Origin: the human T2T-CHM13v2.0 reference genome, Homo sapiens
Length of the DNA: 64,000 nt
Assembly (NCBI RefSeq): GCF_009914755.1
Contig: NC_060942.1
Strand: one strand, 5' to 3'
A program made the translations under genes and the position numbers. Below are positions 10,513-22,884 of this stretch, piece by piece (position 1 is the first letter of the stretch; every line of letters begins with the position of its first letter). The notes below the pieces were generated by a model, which did no database searches, had not been told where the DNA came from, and worked only from the letters and a program-made list of their open reading frames with translations.

Positions 10513-13500
10513 CATTCTCAGAAACTTACTCGTGATGTGTGTACTCAAGTAAAATAGTAGAAACTTTCTTTTCATAGAGAAGTTTTGAAACGCTCTTTTT
10601 GTGGAATCTGCAAGTGGATATTTGGCTAGTTTTGAGGATTTCGTTGGAAGCGGGAATTCATACAAATTGCAGACTGCAGCGTTCTGAGAAACATCTTTGT
10701 GATGTTTGTATTCAGGACACAGAGTTGAACATTCCCTATCATAGAGCAGGTTGGAATCACTCCTTTTGTAGTAACTGGAAGTGGACTTTTGGAGCGCTTT
10801 CAGGCCTATGTTGGAAAAGGAAATATCTTCCCATAACAAATAGACAGAAGCATTCTCAGAAACTTATTTGAGATGTGTGTACTCAACTAAGAGAATTGAA
10901 CCACCGTTTTGAAGGAGCAGTTTTGAAACACTCTTTTTCTGGAATCTGCAAGTGGATATCTGGCTAGCTTTGGGGATTTCGCTGGAAGCGGGAATACATA
11001 TAAAAAGCACACAGCAGCGTTCTGAGAAACTTCTTTCTGATGTTCGCATTCAAGTCAAAAGTTGAACACTCCCTTTCATAGAGCAGTCTTGAAACTCCCC
11101 TTTTGTGGTATCTGGAAGTGGACATTTGGAGTGCTTTCAGGGCTAAGGTGAAAAAGGAAATATCTTCCCATAAAAACTGGACAGAAGCATTCTCAGAAAC
11201 TTGTTTATGCTGTATCTACTCAGCTAACAAAGTTGAACCTTTCTTTTGATAGAGAAGTTTTGAAATGCTCTTTTTGTGGAGTCTGCAAGTGGATATTTGG
11301 TTAGTTTTGAGGATTTCTTTGGAAGCGGGAATTCATACAAATTGCAGACTGCAGCGTTCTGAGAAACATCTTTGTGATGTTTGTATTCAGGACACAGAGT
11401 TGAACATTCCCTATCATAGAGCAGGTTGGAATCACTCCTTTTGTAGTATCTGGAAGTGGCCATTTCGAGCGCTTTGAGGCCTATGTTGAAAAAGGAAATA
11501 TCTTCCCATAACAAGTAGACACAAGCATTCTCAGAAACTTGTTGTGATGTGTGCCCTCTACTGACAGAGTTGAACCTTTCTTTTCATAGAGCAGTTTCGA
11601 AACACTCTTTTTGTAGAATCTGCAAGAGGATATTTGCATAGCTTTGAGGATTTCGTGGGAAACGGGATTGTCTTCAGGTAAAATCTAGACAGAAGCATTC
11701 TCAGAAAATTCTTCGGGATGTTTGCATTCAAGTCACAGAGTAGAACATTCCCTTTGGTAGAGCAGGTTTGAAACACTCTTTTTGTAGTATCTGGAAGTGG
11801 ACATTTGGAGCGCTTTCAGGCCTATGTTGGAAAGGGAAATATCTTCCCGTAACAACTAGGCAGAAGCATTCTCAGAAACTTATTTGAGATGTGTGTACTC
11901 AACTAAGAGAATTGAACCACCGTTTTGAAGGAGCAGTTTTGAAACACTCTTTTTCTGGAATCTGCAAGAGGATATTTGCATAGATTTGAGGATTTCGTTG
12001 GAAACGGGATTGTCTTCAGATCCAATCTAGACAGAAGCATTCTCAGAAACTTCTTTGGGATGTTTGCATTCAAGTCACAGAGTAGAACATTCCCTTTGGT
12101 AGAGCAGGTTTGAAACACTCTTTTTTTAGTATATGGAAGTGGACATTTGGAGCGCTTTCAGGCCTACGTTGGAAAAGGAAATATCTTCCCATAACAACTA
12201 GACAGAAGCATTCTCAGAAACTAGTTTCTGATGTGTGTCCTCAACTAACACAGTTGAACATTTCTTTAGACAGAACAGTTTTGAAACACTCTCTTTGTGG
12301 AATCTGCAAGTGGATATTTGGCTAGATTTGAGGATTTCGTTGGAAACGGGATTACATATAAAAAGCAGACAGCAGCATTCTCAGAAACTTCTTTGTGATG
12401 ATTGCATTCAAGTCACAGAATTGAACATTCCCTTTCACAGAGCAGGTTTGAAACACTCTTTTTGTAGTGTGTGTAAGTGGACATTTGGAGCGCTTTCCGG
12501 CCTAAGGTGAACAAGGAAATATCTTCCCATAAAAACTAGACAGAAGTATTCTCAGAAACTTACTCGTGATGTGTGTCCTCAACTAAAGGAGTAGAACCTT
12601 TCTTTTCATAGAGAAGTTTTGAAACGCTCTTTTTGTGGAATCTGCAAGTGGATATTTGGCTAGTTTTGAGGATTTCGTTGGAAGCGGGAATTCATACAAA
12701 TTGCAGACTGCAGCGTTCTGAGAAACATCTTTGTGATGTTTGTATTCAGGACACAGAGTTGAACGTTCCCTATCATAGAGCAGGTTTGAATCACTCCTTT
12801 TGTAGTATCTGGAAGTGGACATTTGGAGCGCTTTCCGGCCTCAGGTGAAAAAGGAAATATCTTCCCATAAAAACTAGACAGAAGCATTCTCAGAAACTTA
12901 CTCGTGATGTGTGTCCTCAACTAAAGGGGTAGAACCTTTCTTTTGATAGAGCAGTTTTGAAACACTCTTTTTGTAGAATCTGCAAGTGGATATTTCGATA
13001 GCTTTGTGGATTTCGTTGGAAACGGGAATATCTTCATATAAAATCTAGAGAGAAGTATTATCAGAAACTTCCTTGTGATGGTTGCATTCAAGTCACAGAG
13101 TTAAACATTCGCTTTCATAGAGCATGTTTGAAACACTCTTTTTCCATTACCTGGAAGTGGACTTTTGGAGCGCTTTGAGGCCTATGGTGAAAAAGGAAAT
13201 ATCTTCCCAAAAAAACTAGACAGAAGCATTCTCAGAAACTTATTTGTGATGTGTGTCCTCAACTGACAGAGTTGAACATTTCTTTTGAGAGAGCAGTTTT
13301 GAAACACTCTTTTTGTGGAATCTGCAAGTGGATATTTGGCTGGCTTTGAGGATTTCGTTGGAAACGGGAATACATATAAAAAGCAGACAGCAGCGTTCTG
13401 AGAAACTTCTTGGTGATGTTTGCATTCAAGTCACAGAATTGAACATTCCCTTTGATAGAACAGGTTTGAAACACTCCTTTTCTCATATCTGGAAGTGTCC

Positions 13501-13902
13501 ATTCGGAGCGCATTCAGGCTTGTGTTGAAAAAGGATATATCTTCCCATAACAACTAGACAGAAGCATTCTCAGAAACTAGTTTCTGATGTGTGTCCTCAA
13601 CTAACACAGTTGAACATTTCTTTAGACAGAACAGTTTTGAAACACTCTTTTTGTGGAATTTGCAAGTGGATATTTGGCTAGATTTGAGCATTTCGTTGGA
13701 AACGGGATTACATATAAAAAGCAGACAGCGGCATTCTCAGAAAGTTCTTTGTGATGATTGCATTCAAGTCACAGAATTGAACATTCCCTTTCACAGAGCA
13801 GGTTTGAAACACTCTTTTTGTAGTGTGTGAAAGTGGACATTTGGAGCGCTTTCCGGCCTAAGGTGAAAAAGGAAATATCTTCCCATAAAAACTAGACAGA
13901 AG
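10513..13902 (+). repeat. 20-mer HOR unit, 3390 bp
   Basis: m8 is followed directly by m9 (no GTACTGAACT monomer). The next unit starts at 13903. Confidence 0.95.
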
Positions 13903-15931
13903 CATTCTCAGAAACTTACTCGTGATGTGTGTACTCAACTAAAGGAGTAGAAACTTTCTTTTCATAGAGAAGTTTTGAAACGCTCTTTTTGTGGAATCTG
14001 CAGGTGGATATTTGGCTAGTTTTGAGGATTACGTTGGAAACGGGAATTCATACAAATTGCAGACTGCAGCGTTCTGAGAAACATCTTTGTGATGTTTGTA
14101 TTCAGGACACAGAGTTGAACATTCCCTATCATAGAGCAGGTTTGAATCACTCCTTTTGTAGTATCTGGAAGTGGACATTTGGAGCGCTTTCAGGCCTATG
14201 TTGGAAAAGGAAATATCTTCCCATAACAAATAGACAGAAACATTCTCAGAAACTTATTTGAGATGTGTGTACTCAACTAAGAATTGAACCACCGTTTTGA
14301 AGGAGCAGTTTTGAAACACTCTTTTTCTGGAATCTGCAAGTGGATATTTGGCTAGCTTTGGGGATTTCGCTGGAAGCGGGAATACATATAAAAAGCACAC
14401 AGCAGCGTTCTGAGAAACTTCTTTCTGATGTTCGCATTCAAGTCAAAATTTGAACACTCCCTTTCGTAGAGCAGTCTTGAAACTCCCCTTTTGTGGTATC
14501 TGGAAGTGGACATTTGGAGTGCTTTCAGGGCTAGGGTGAAAAAGGAAATATCTTCCCATAAAAACTGGACAGAAGCATTCTCAGAAACTTGTTTATGCTG
14601 TATCTACTCAGCTAACAAAGTTGAACCTTTCTTTTGATAGAGCAGTTTTGAAATGCTCTTTTTGTGGAGTCTACAAGTGGATATTTGGCTAGTTTTGAGG
14701 ATTTCGTTGGAAGCGGGAATTCATACAAATTGCAGACTGCAGCGTTCTGAGAAACATCTTTGTGATGTTTGTATTCAGGACACAGAGTTGAACGTTCCCT
14801 ATCATAGAGCAGGTTTGAATCACTCCTTTTGTAGTATCTGGAAGTGGACATTTGGAGCGCTTTCCGGCCTCAGGTGAAAAAGGAAATATCTTCCCATAAA
14901 AACTAGACAGAAGCATTCTCAGAAACTTACTCCTGATGTGTGTCCTCAACTAAAGGGGTAAAACCTTTCTTTTGATAGAGCAGTTTTGAAACACTCTTTT
15001 TGTAGAATCTGCAAGTGGATATTTCGATAGCTTTGTGGATTTCGTTGGAAACGGGAATATCTTCATATAAAATCTAGAGAGAAGTATTATCAGAAACTTC
15101 CTTGTGATGGTTGCATTCAAGTCACAGAGTTGAACATTCGCTTTCATAGAGCATGTTTGAAACACTCTTTTTCCATTACCTGGAAGTGGACATTTGGAGC
15201 GCTTTGAGGCCTATGGTGAAAAAGGAAATATCTTCCCAAAAAAACTAGACAGAAGCATTCTCAGAAACTTATTTGTGATGTGTGTCCTCAACTGACAGAG
15301 TTGAACATTTCTTTTGAGAGAGCAGTTTTGAAACACTCTTTTTGTGGAATCTGCAAGTGGATATTTGGCTGGCTTTGAGGATTTCGTTGGAAACGGGAAT
15401 ACATATAAAAAGCAGACAGCAGCGTTCTGAGAAACGTCTTGGTGATGTTTGCATTCAAGTCACAGAATTGAACATTCCCTTTGATGGAACAGGTTTGAAA
15501 CACTCCTTTTCTCATATCTGGAAGTGTCCATTCGGAGCGCATTCAGGCTTGTGTTGAAAAAGGATATATCTTCCCATAACAACTAGACAGAAGCATTCTC
15601 AGAAACTAGTTTCTGATGTGTGTCCTCAACTAACACAGTTGAACATTTCTTTAGACAGAACAGTTTTGAAACACTCTTTTTGTGGAATTTGCAAGTGGAT
15701 ATTTGGCTAGATTTGAGCATTTCGTTGGAAACGGGATTACATATAAAAAGCAGACAGCGGCATTCTCAGAAAGTTCTTTGTGATGATTGCATTCAAGTCA
15801 CAGAATTGAACATTCCCTTTCACAGAGCAGGTTTGAAACACTCTTTTTGTAGTGTGTGTAAGTGGACATTTGGAGCGCTTTCCGGCCTAAGGTGAAAAAG
15901 GAAATATCTTCCCATAAAAACTAGACAGAAG
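13903..15931 (+). repeat. Non-canonical 12-mer structural variant (m1-m5 + m14-m20), 2029 bp
   Basis: m5 (CTTGTTTATGCTGTATCT, from 14576) is followed at 14743 by m14 (AACGTTCCC...TTCCGGCCTCAGG) instead of m6. Confidence 0.93.
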
Positions 15932-18900
15932 CATTCTCAGAAACTTACTCGTGATGTGTGTACTCAACTAAAGGAGTAGAAACTTTCTTTTCATAGAGAA
16001 GTTTTGAAACGCTCTTTTTGTGGAATCTGCAAGTGGATATTTGGCTAGTTTTGAGGATTTCGTTGGAAGCGGGAATTCATACAAATTGCAGACTGCAGCG
16101 TTCTGAGAAACATCTTTGTGATGTTTGTATTCAGGACACAGAGTTGAACATTCCCTATCATAGAGCAGGTTTGAATCACTCCTTTTGTAGTATCTGGAAG
16201 TGGACATTTGGAGCGCTTTCAGGCCTATGTTGGAAAAGGAAATATCTTCCCATAACAAATAGACAGAAGCATTCTCAGAAACTTATTTGAGATGTGTGTA
16301 CTCAACTAAGAGAATTGAACCACCGTTTTGAAGGAGCAGTTTTGAAACACTCTTTTTCTGGAATCTGCAAGTGGATATCTGGCTAGCTTTGGGGATTTCG
16401 CTGGAAGCGGGAATACATATAAAAAGCACACAGCAGCGTTCTGAGAAACTTCTTTCTGATGTTCGCATTCAAGTCAAAAGTTGAACACTCCCTTTCGTAG
16501 AGCAGTCTTGAAACTCCCCTTTTGTGGTATCTGGAAGTGGACATTTGGAGTGCTTTCAGGGCTAAGGTGAAAAAGGAAATATCTTCCCATAAAAACTGGA
16601 CAGAAGCATTCTCAGAAACTTGTTTATGCTGTATCTACTCAGCTAACAAAGTTGAACCTTTCTTTTGATAGAGCAGTTTTGAAATGCTCTTTTTGTGGAG
16701 TCTGCAAGTGGATATTTGGCTAGTTTTGAGGATTTCGTTGGAAGCGGGAATTCATACAAATTGCAGACTGCAGCGTTCTGAGAAACATCTTTGTGATGTT
16801 TGTATTCAGGACACAGAGTTGAACATTCCCTATCATAGAGCAGGTTGGAATCACTCCTTTCGTAGTATCTGGAAGTGGCCATTTCGAGCGCTTTCAGACC
16901 TAGGTTGAAAAAGGAAATATCTTCCCATAACAAGTAGACACAAGCATTCTCAGAAACTTGTTTGTGATGTGTGCCCTCTACTGACAGAGTTGAACCTTTC
17001 TTTTCATAGAGCAGTTTCGAAACACTCTTTTTGTAGAATCTGCAAGAGGATATTTGCGTAGCTTTGAGGATTTCGTGGGAAACGGGATTGTCTTCAGGTA
17101 AAATCTAGACAGAAGCATTCTCAGAAAATTCTTCGGGATGTTTGCATTCAAGTCACAGAGTAGAACATTCCCTTTGGTAGAGCAGGTTTGAAACACTCTT
17201 TTTGTAGTATCTGGAAGTGGACATTTGGAGCGCTTTCAGGCCTATGTTGGAAAGGGAAATATCTTCCCGTAACAACTAGGCAGAAGCATTCTCAGAAACT
17301 TATTTGAGATGTGTGTACTGAACTAAGAGAATTGAACCACCGTTTTGAAGGAGCAGGTTTGAAACACTCTTTTTGTAGTATCTGGAAGTGGACATTTGGA
17401 GCGCTTTCAGGCCTATGTTGGAAAGGGAAATATCTTCCCGTAACAACTAGGCAGAAGCATTCTCAGAAACTTATTTGAGATGTGTGTACTCAACTAAGAG
17501 AATTGAACCACCGTTTTGAAGGAGCAGTTTTGAAACACTCTTTTTCTGGAATCTGCAAGAGGATATTTGCATAGATTTGAGGATTTCGTTGGAAACGGGA
17601 TTGTCTTCAGATCCAATCTAGACAGAAGCATTCTCAGAAACTTCTTTGGGATGTTTGCATTCAAGTCACAGAGTAGAACATTCCCTTTGGTAGAGCAGGT
17701 TTGAAACACTCTTTTTTTAGTATATGGAAGTGGACATTTGGAGCGCTTTCAGGCCTACGTTGGAAAAGGAAATATCTTCCCATAACAACTAGACAGAAGC
17801 ATTCTCAGAAACTAGTTTCTGATGTGTGTCCTCAACTAACACAGTTGAACATTTCTTTAGACAGAACAGTTTTGAAACACTCTCTTTGTGGAATCTGCAA
17901 GTGGATATTTGGCTAGATTTGAGGATTTCGTTGGAAACGGGATTACATATAAAAAGCAGACAGCAGCATTCTCAGAAACTTCTTTGTGATGATTGCATTC
18001 AAGTCACAGAATTGAACATTCCCTTTCACAGAGCAGGTTTGAAACACTCTTTTTGTAGTGTGTGTAAGTGGACATTTGGAGCGCTTTCCGGCCTAAGGTG
18101 AACAAGGAAATATCTTCCTATAAAAACTAGACAGAAGTATTCTCAGAAACTTACTCGTGATGTGTGTCCTCAACTAAAGGAGTAGAACCTTTCTTTTCAT
18201 AGAGAAGTTTTGAAACGCTCTTTTTGTGGAATCTGCAAGTGGATATTTGGCTAGTTTTGAGGATTTCGTTGGAAGCGGGAATTCATACAAATTGCAGACT
18301 GCAGCGTTCTGAGAAACATCTTTGTGATGTTTGTATTCAGGACACAGAGTTGAACGTTCCCTATCATAGAGCAGGTTTGAACCACTCCTTTTGTAGTATC
18401 TGGAAGTGGACATTTGGAGCGCTTTCCGGCCTCAGGTGAAAAAGGAAATATCTTCCCATAAAAACTAGACAGAAGCATTCTCAGAAACTTACTCGTGATG
18501 TGTGTCCTCAACTAAAGGGGTAGAACCTTTCTTTTGATAGAGCAGTTTTGAAACACTCTTTTTGTAGAATCTGCAAGTGGATATTTCGATAGCTTTGTGG
18601 ATTTCGTTGGAAACGGGAATATCCTCATATAAAAATCTAGAGAGAAGTATTATCAGAAACTTCCTTGTGATTGTTGCATTCAAGTCACAGAGTTGAACAT
18701 TCGCTTTCATAGAGCATGTTTGAAACACTCTTTTTCCATTACCTGGAAGTGGACTTTTGGAGCGCTTTGAGGCCTATGGTGAAAAAGGAAATATCTTCCC
18801 AAAAAAACTAGACAGAAGCATTCTCAGAAACTTATTTGTGATGTGTGTCCTCAACTGACAGAGTTGAACATTTCTTTTGAGAGAGCAGTTTTGAAACACT

Positions 18901-21900
18901 CTTTTTGTGGAATCTGCAAGTGGATATTTGGCTGGCTTTGAGGATTTCGTTGGAAACGGGAATACATATAAAAAGCAGACAGCAGCGTTCTGAGAAACTT
19001 CTTGGTGATGTTTGCATTCAAGTCACAGAATTGAACATTCCCTTTGATAGAACAGGTTTGAAACACTCCTTTTCTCATATCTGGAAGTGTCCATTCGGAG
19101 CGCATTCAGGCTTGTGTTGAAAAAGGATATATCTTCCCATAACAACTAGACAGAAGCATTCTCAGAAACTAGTTTCTGATGTGTGTCCTCAACTAACACA
19201 GTTGAACATTTCTTTAGACAGAACAGTTTTGAAACACTCTTTTTGTGGAATTTGCAAGTGGATATTTGGCTAGATTTGAGCATTTCGTTGGAAACGGGAT
19301 TACATATAAAAAGCAGACAGCGGCATTCTCAGAAAGTTCTTTGTGATGATTGCATTCAAGTCACAGAATTGAACATTCCCTTTCACAGAGCAGGTTTGAA
19401 ACACTCTTTTTGTAGTGTGTGTAAGTGGACATTTGGAGCGCTTTCCGGCCTAAGGTGAAAAAGGAAATATCTTCCCATAAAAACTAGACAGAAGCATTCT
19501 CAGAAACTTACTCGTGATGTGTGTACTCAAGTAAAATAGAAGAAACTTTCTTTTCATAGAGAAGTTTTGAAACGCTCTTTTTGTGGAATCTGCAAGTGGA
19601 TATTTGGCTAGTTTTGAGGATTTCGTTGGAAGCGGGAATTCATACAAATTGCAGACTGCAGCGTTCTGAGAAACATCTTTGTGATGTTTGTATTCAGGAC
19701 ACAGAGTTGAACATTCCCTATCATAGAGCAGGTTGGAATCACTCCTTTTGTAGTAACTGGAAGTGGACTTTTGGAGCGCTTTCAGGCCTATGTTGGAAAA
19801 GGAAATATCTTCCCATAACAAATAGACAGAAGCATTCTCAGAAACTTATTTGAGATGTGTGTACTCAACTAAGAGAATTGAACCACCGTTTTGAAGGAGC
19901 AGTTTTGAAACACTCTTTTTCTGGAATCTGCAAGTGGATATCTGGCTAGCTTTGGGGATTTCGCTGGAAGCGGGAATACATATAAAAAGCACACAGCAGC
20001 GTTCTGAGAAACTTCTTTCTGATGTTCGCATTCAAGTCAAAAGTTGAACACTCCCTTTCATAGAGCAGTCTTGAAACTCCCCTTTTGTGGTATCTGGAAG
20101 TGGACATTTGGAGTGCTTTCAGGGCTAAGGTGAAAAAGGAAATATCTTCCCATAAAAACTGGACAGAAGCATTCTCAGAAACTTGTTTATGCTGTATCTA
20201 CTCAGCTAACAAAGTTGAACCTTTCTTTTGATAGAGAAGTTTTGAAATGCTCTTTTTGTGGAGTCTGCAAGTGGATATTTGGTTAGTTTTGAGGATTTCT
20301 TTGGAAGCGGGAATTCATACAAATTGCAGACTGCAGCGTTCTGAGAAACATCTTTGTGATGTTTGTATTCAGGACACAGAGTTGAACATTCCCTATCATA
20401 GAGCAGGTTGGAATCACTCCTTTTGTAGTATCTGGAAGTGGCCATTTCGAGCGCTTTGAGGCCTATGTTGTAAAAGGAAATATCTTCCCATAACAAGTAG
20501 ACACAAGCATTCTCAGAAACTTGTTGTGATGTGTGCCCTCTACTGACAGAGTTGAACCTTTCTTTTCATAGAGCAGTTTCGAAACACTCTTTTTGTAGAA
20601 TCTGCAAGAGGATATTTGCATAGCTTTGAGGATTTCGTGGGAAACGGGATTGTCTTCAGGTAAAATCTAGACAGAAGCATTCTCAGAAAATTCTTCGGGA
20701 TGTTTGCATTCAAGTCACAGAGTAGAACATTCCCTTTGGTAGAGCAGGTTTGAAACACTCTTTTTGTAGTATCTGGAAGTGGACATTTGGAGCGCTTTCA
20801 GGCCTATGTTGGAAAGGGAAATATCTTCCCGTAACAACTAGGCAGAAGCATTCTCAGAAACTTATTTGAGATGTGTGTACTCAACTAAGAGAATTGAACC
20901 ACCGTTTTGAAGGAGCAGTTTTGAAACACTCTTTTTCTGGAATCTGCAAGAGGATATTTGCATAGATTTGAGGATTTCGTTGGAAACGGGATTGTCTTCA
21001 GATCCAATCTAGACAGAAGCATTCTCAGAAACTTCTTTGGGATGTTTGCATTCAAGTCACAGAGTAGAACATTCCCTTTGGTAGAGCAGGTTTGAAACAC
21101 TCTTTTTTTAGTATATGGAAGTGGACATTTGGAGCGCTTTCAGGCCTACGTTGGAAAAGGAAATATCTTCCCATAACAACTAGACAGAAGCATTCTCAGA
21201 AACTAGTTTCTGATGTGTGTCCTCAACTAACACAGTTGAACATTTCTTTAGACAGAACAGTTTTGAAACACTCTCTTTGTGGAATCTGCAAGTGGATATT
21301 TGGCTAGATTTGAGGATTTCGTTGGAAACGGGATTACATATAAAAAGCAGACAGCAGCATTCTCAGAAACTTCTTTGTGATGATTGCATTCAAGTCACAG
21401 AATTGAACATTCCCTTTCACAGAGCAGGTTTGAAACACTCTTTTTGTAGTGTGTGTAAGTGGACATTTGGAGCGCTTTCCGGCCTAAGGTGAACAAGGAA
21501 ATATCTTCCCATAAAAACTAGACAGAAGTATTCTCAGAAACTTACTCGTGATGTGTGTCCTCAACTAAAGGAGTAGAACCTTTCTTTTCATAGAGAAGTT
21601 TTGAAACGCTCTTTTTGTGGAATCTGCAAGTGGATATTTGGCTAGTTTTGAGGATTTCGTTGGAAGCGGGAATTCATACAAATTGCAGACTGCAGCGTTC
21701 TGAGAAACATCTTTGTGATGTTTGTATTCAGGACACAGAGTTGAACGTTCCCTATCATAGAGCAGGTTTGAATCACTCCTTTTGTAGTATCTGGAAGTGG
21801 ACATTTGGAGCGCTTTCCGGCCTCAGGTGAAAAAGGAAATATCTTCCCATAAAAACTAGACAGAAGCATTCTCAGAAACTTACTCGTGATGTGTGTCCTC

Positions 21901-22884
21901 AACTAAAGGGGTAGAACCTTTCTTTTGATAGAGCAGTTTTGAAACACTCTTTTTGTAGAATCTGCAAGTGGATATTTCGATAGCTTTGTGGATTTCGTTG
22001 GAAACGGGAATATCTTCATATAAAATCTAGAGAGAAGTATTATCAGAAACTTCCTTGTGATGGTTGCATTCAAGTCACAGAGTTAAACATTCGCTTTCAT
22101 AGAGCATGTTTGAAACACTCTTTTTCCATTACCTGGAAGTGGACTTTTGGAGCGCTTTGTGGCCTATGGTGAAAAAGGAAATATCTTCCCAAAAAAACTA
22201 GACAGAAGCATTCTCAGAAACTTATTTGTGATGTGTGTCCTCAACTGACAGAGTTGAACATTTCTTTTGAGAGAGCAGTTTTGAAACACTCTTTTTGTGG
22301 AATCTGCAAGTGGATATTTGGCTGGCTTTGAGGATTTCATTGGAAACGGGAATACATATAAAAAGCAGACAGCAGCGTTCTGAGAAACTTCTTGGTGATG
22401 TTTGCATTCAAGTCACAGAATTGAACATTCCCTTTGATAGAACAGGTTTGAAACACTCCTTTTCTCATATCTGGAATTGTCCATTCGGAGCGCATTCAGG
22501 CTTGTGTTGAAAAAGGATATATCTTCCCATAACAACTAGACAGAAGCATTCTCAGAAACTAGTTTCTGATGTGTGTCCTCAACTAACACAGTTGAACATT
22601 TCTTTAGACAGAACAGTTTTGAAACACTCTTTTTGTGGAATTTGCAAGTGGATATTTGGCTAGATTTGAGCATTTCGTTGGAAACGGGATTACATATAAA
22701 AAGCAGACAGCGGCATTCTCAGAAAGTTCTTTGTGATGATTGCATTCAAGTCACAGAATTGAACATTCCCTTTCACAGAGCAGGTTTGAAACACTCTTTT
22801 TGTAGTGTGTGAAAGTGGACATTTGGAGCGCTTTCCGGCCTAAGGTGAAAAAGGAAATATCTTCCCATAAAAACTAGACAGAAG
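15932..22884 (+). repeat. 21-mer (15932-19494) followed by 20-mer (19495-22884)
   Basis: Lengths are 3563 and 3390 bp. The hybrid monomer occurs at 17287 in the first unit only. Confidence 0.95.
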
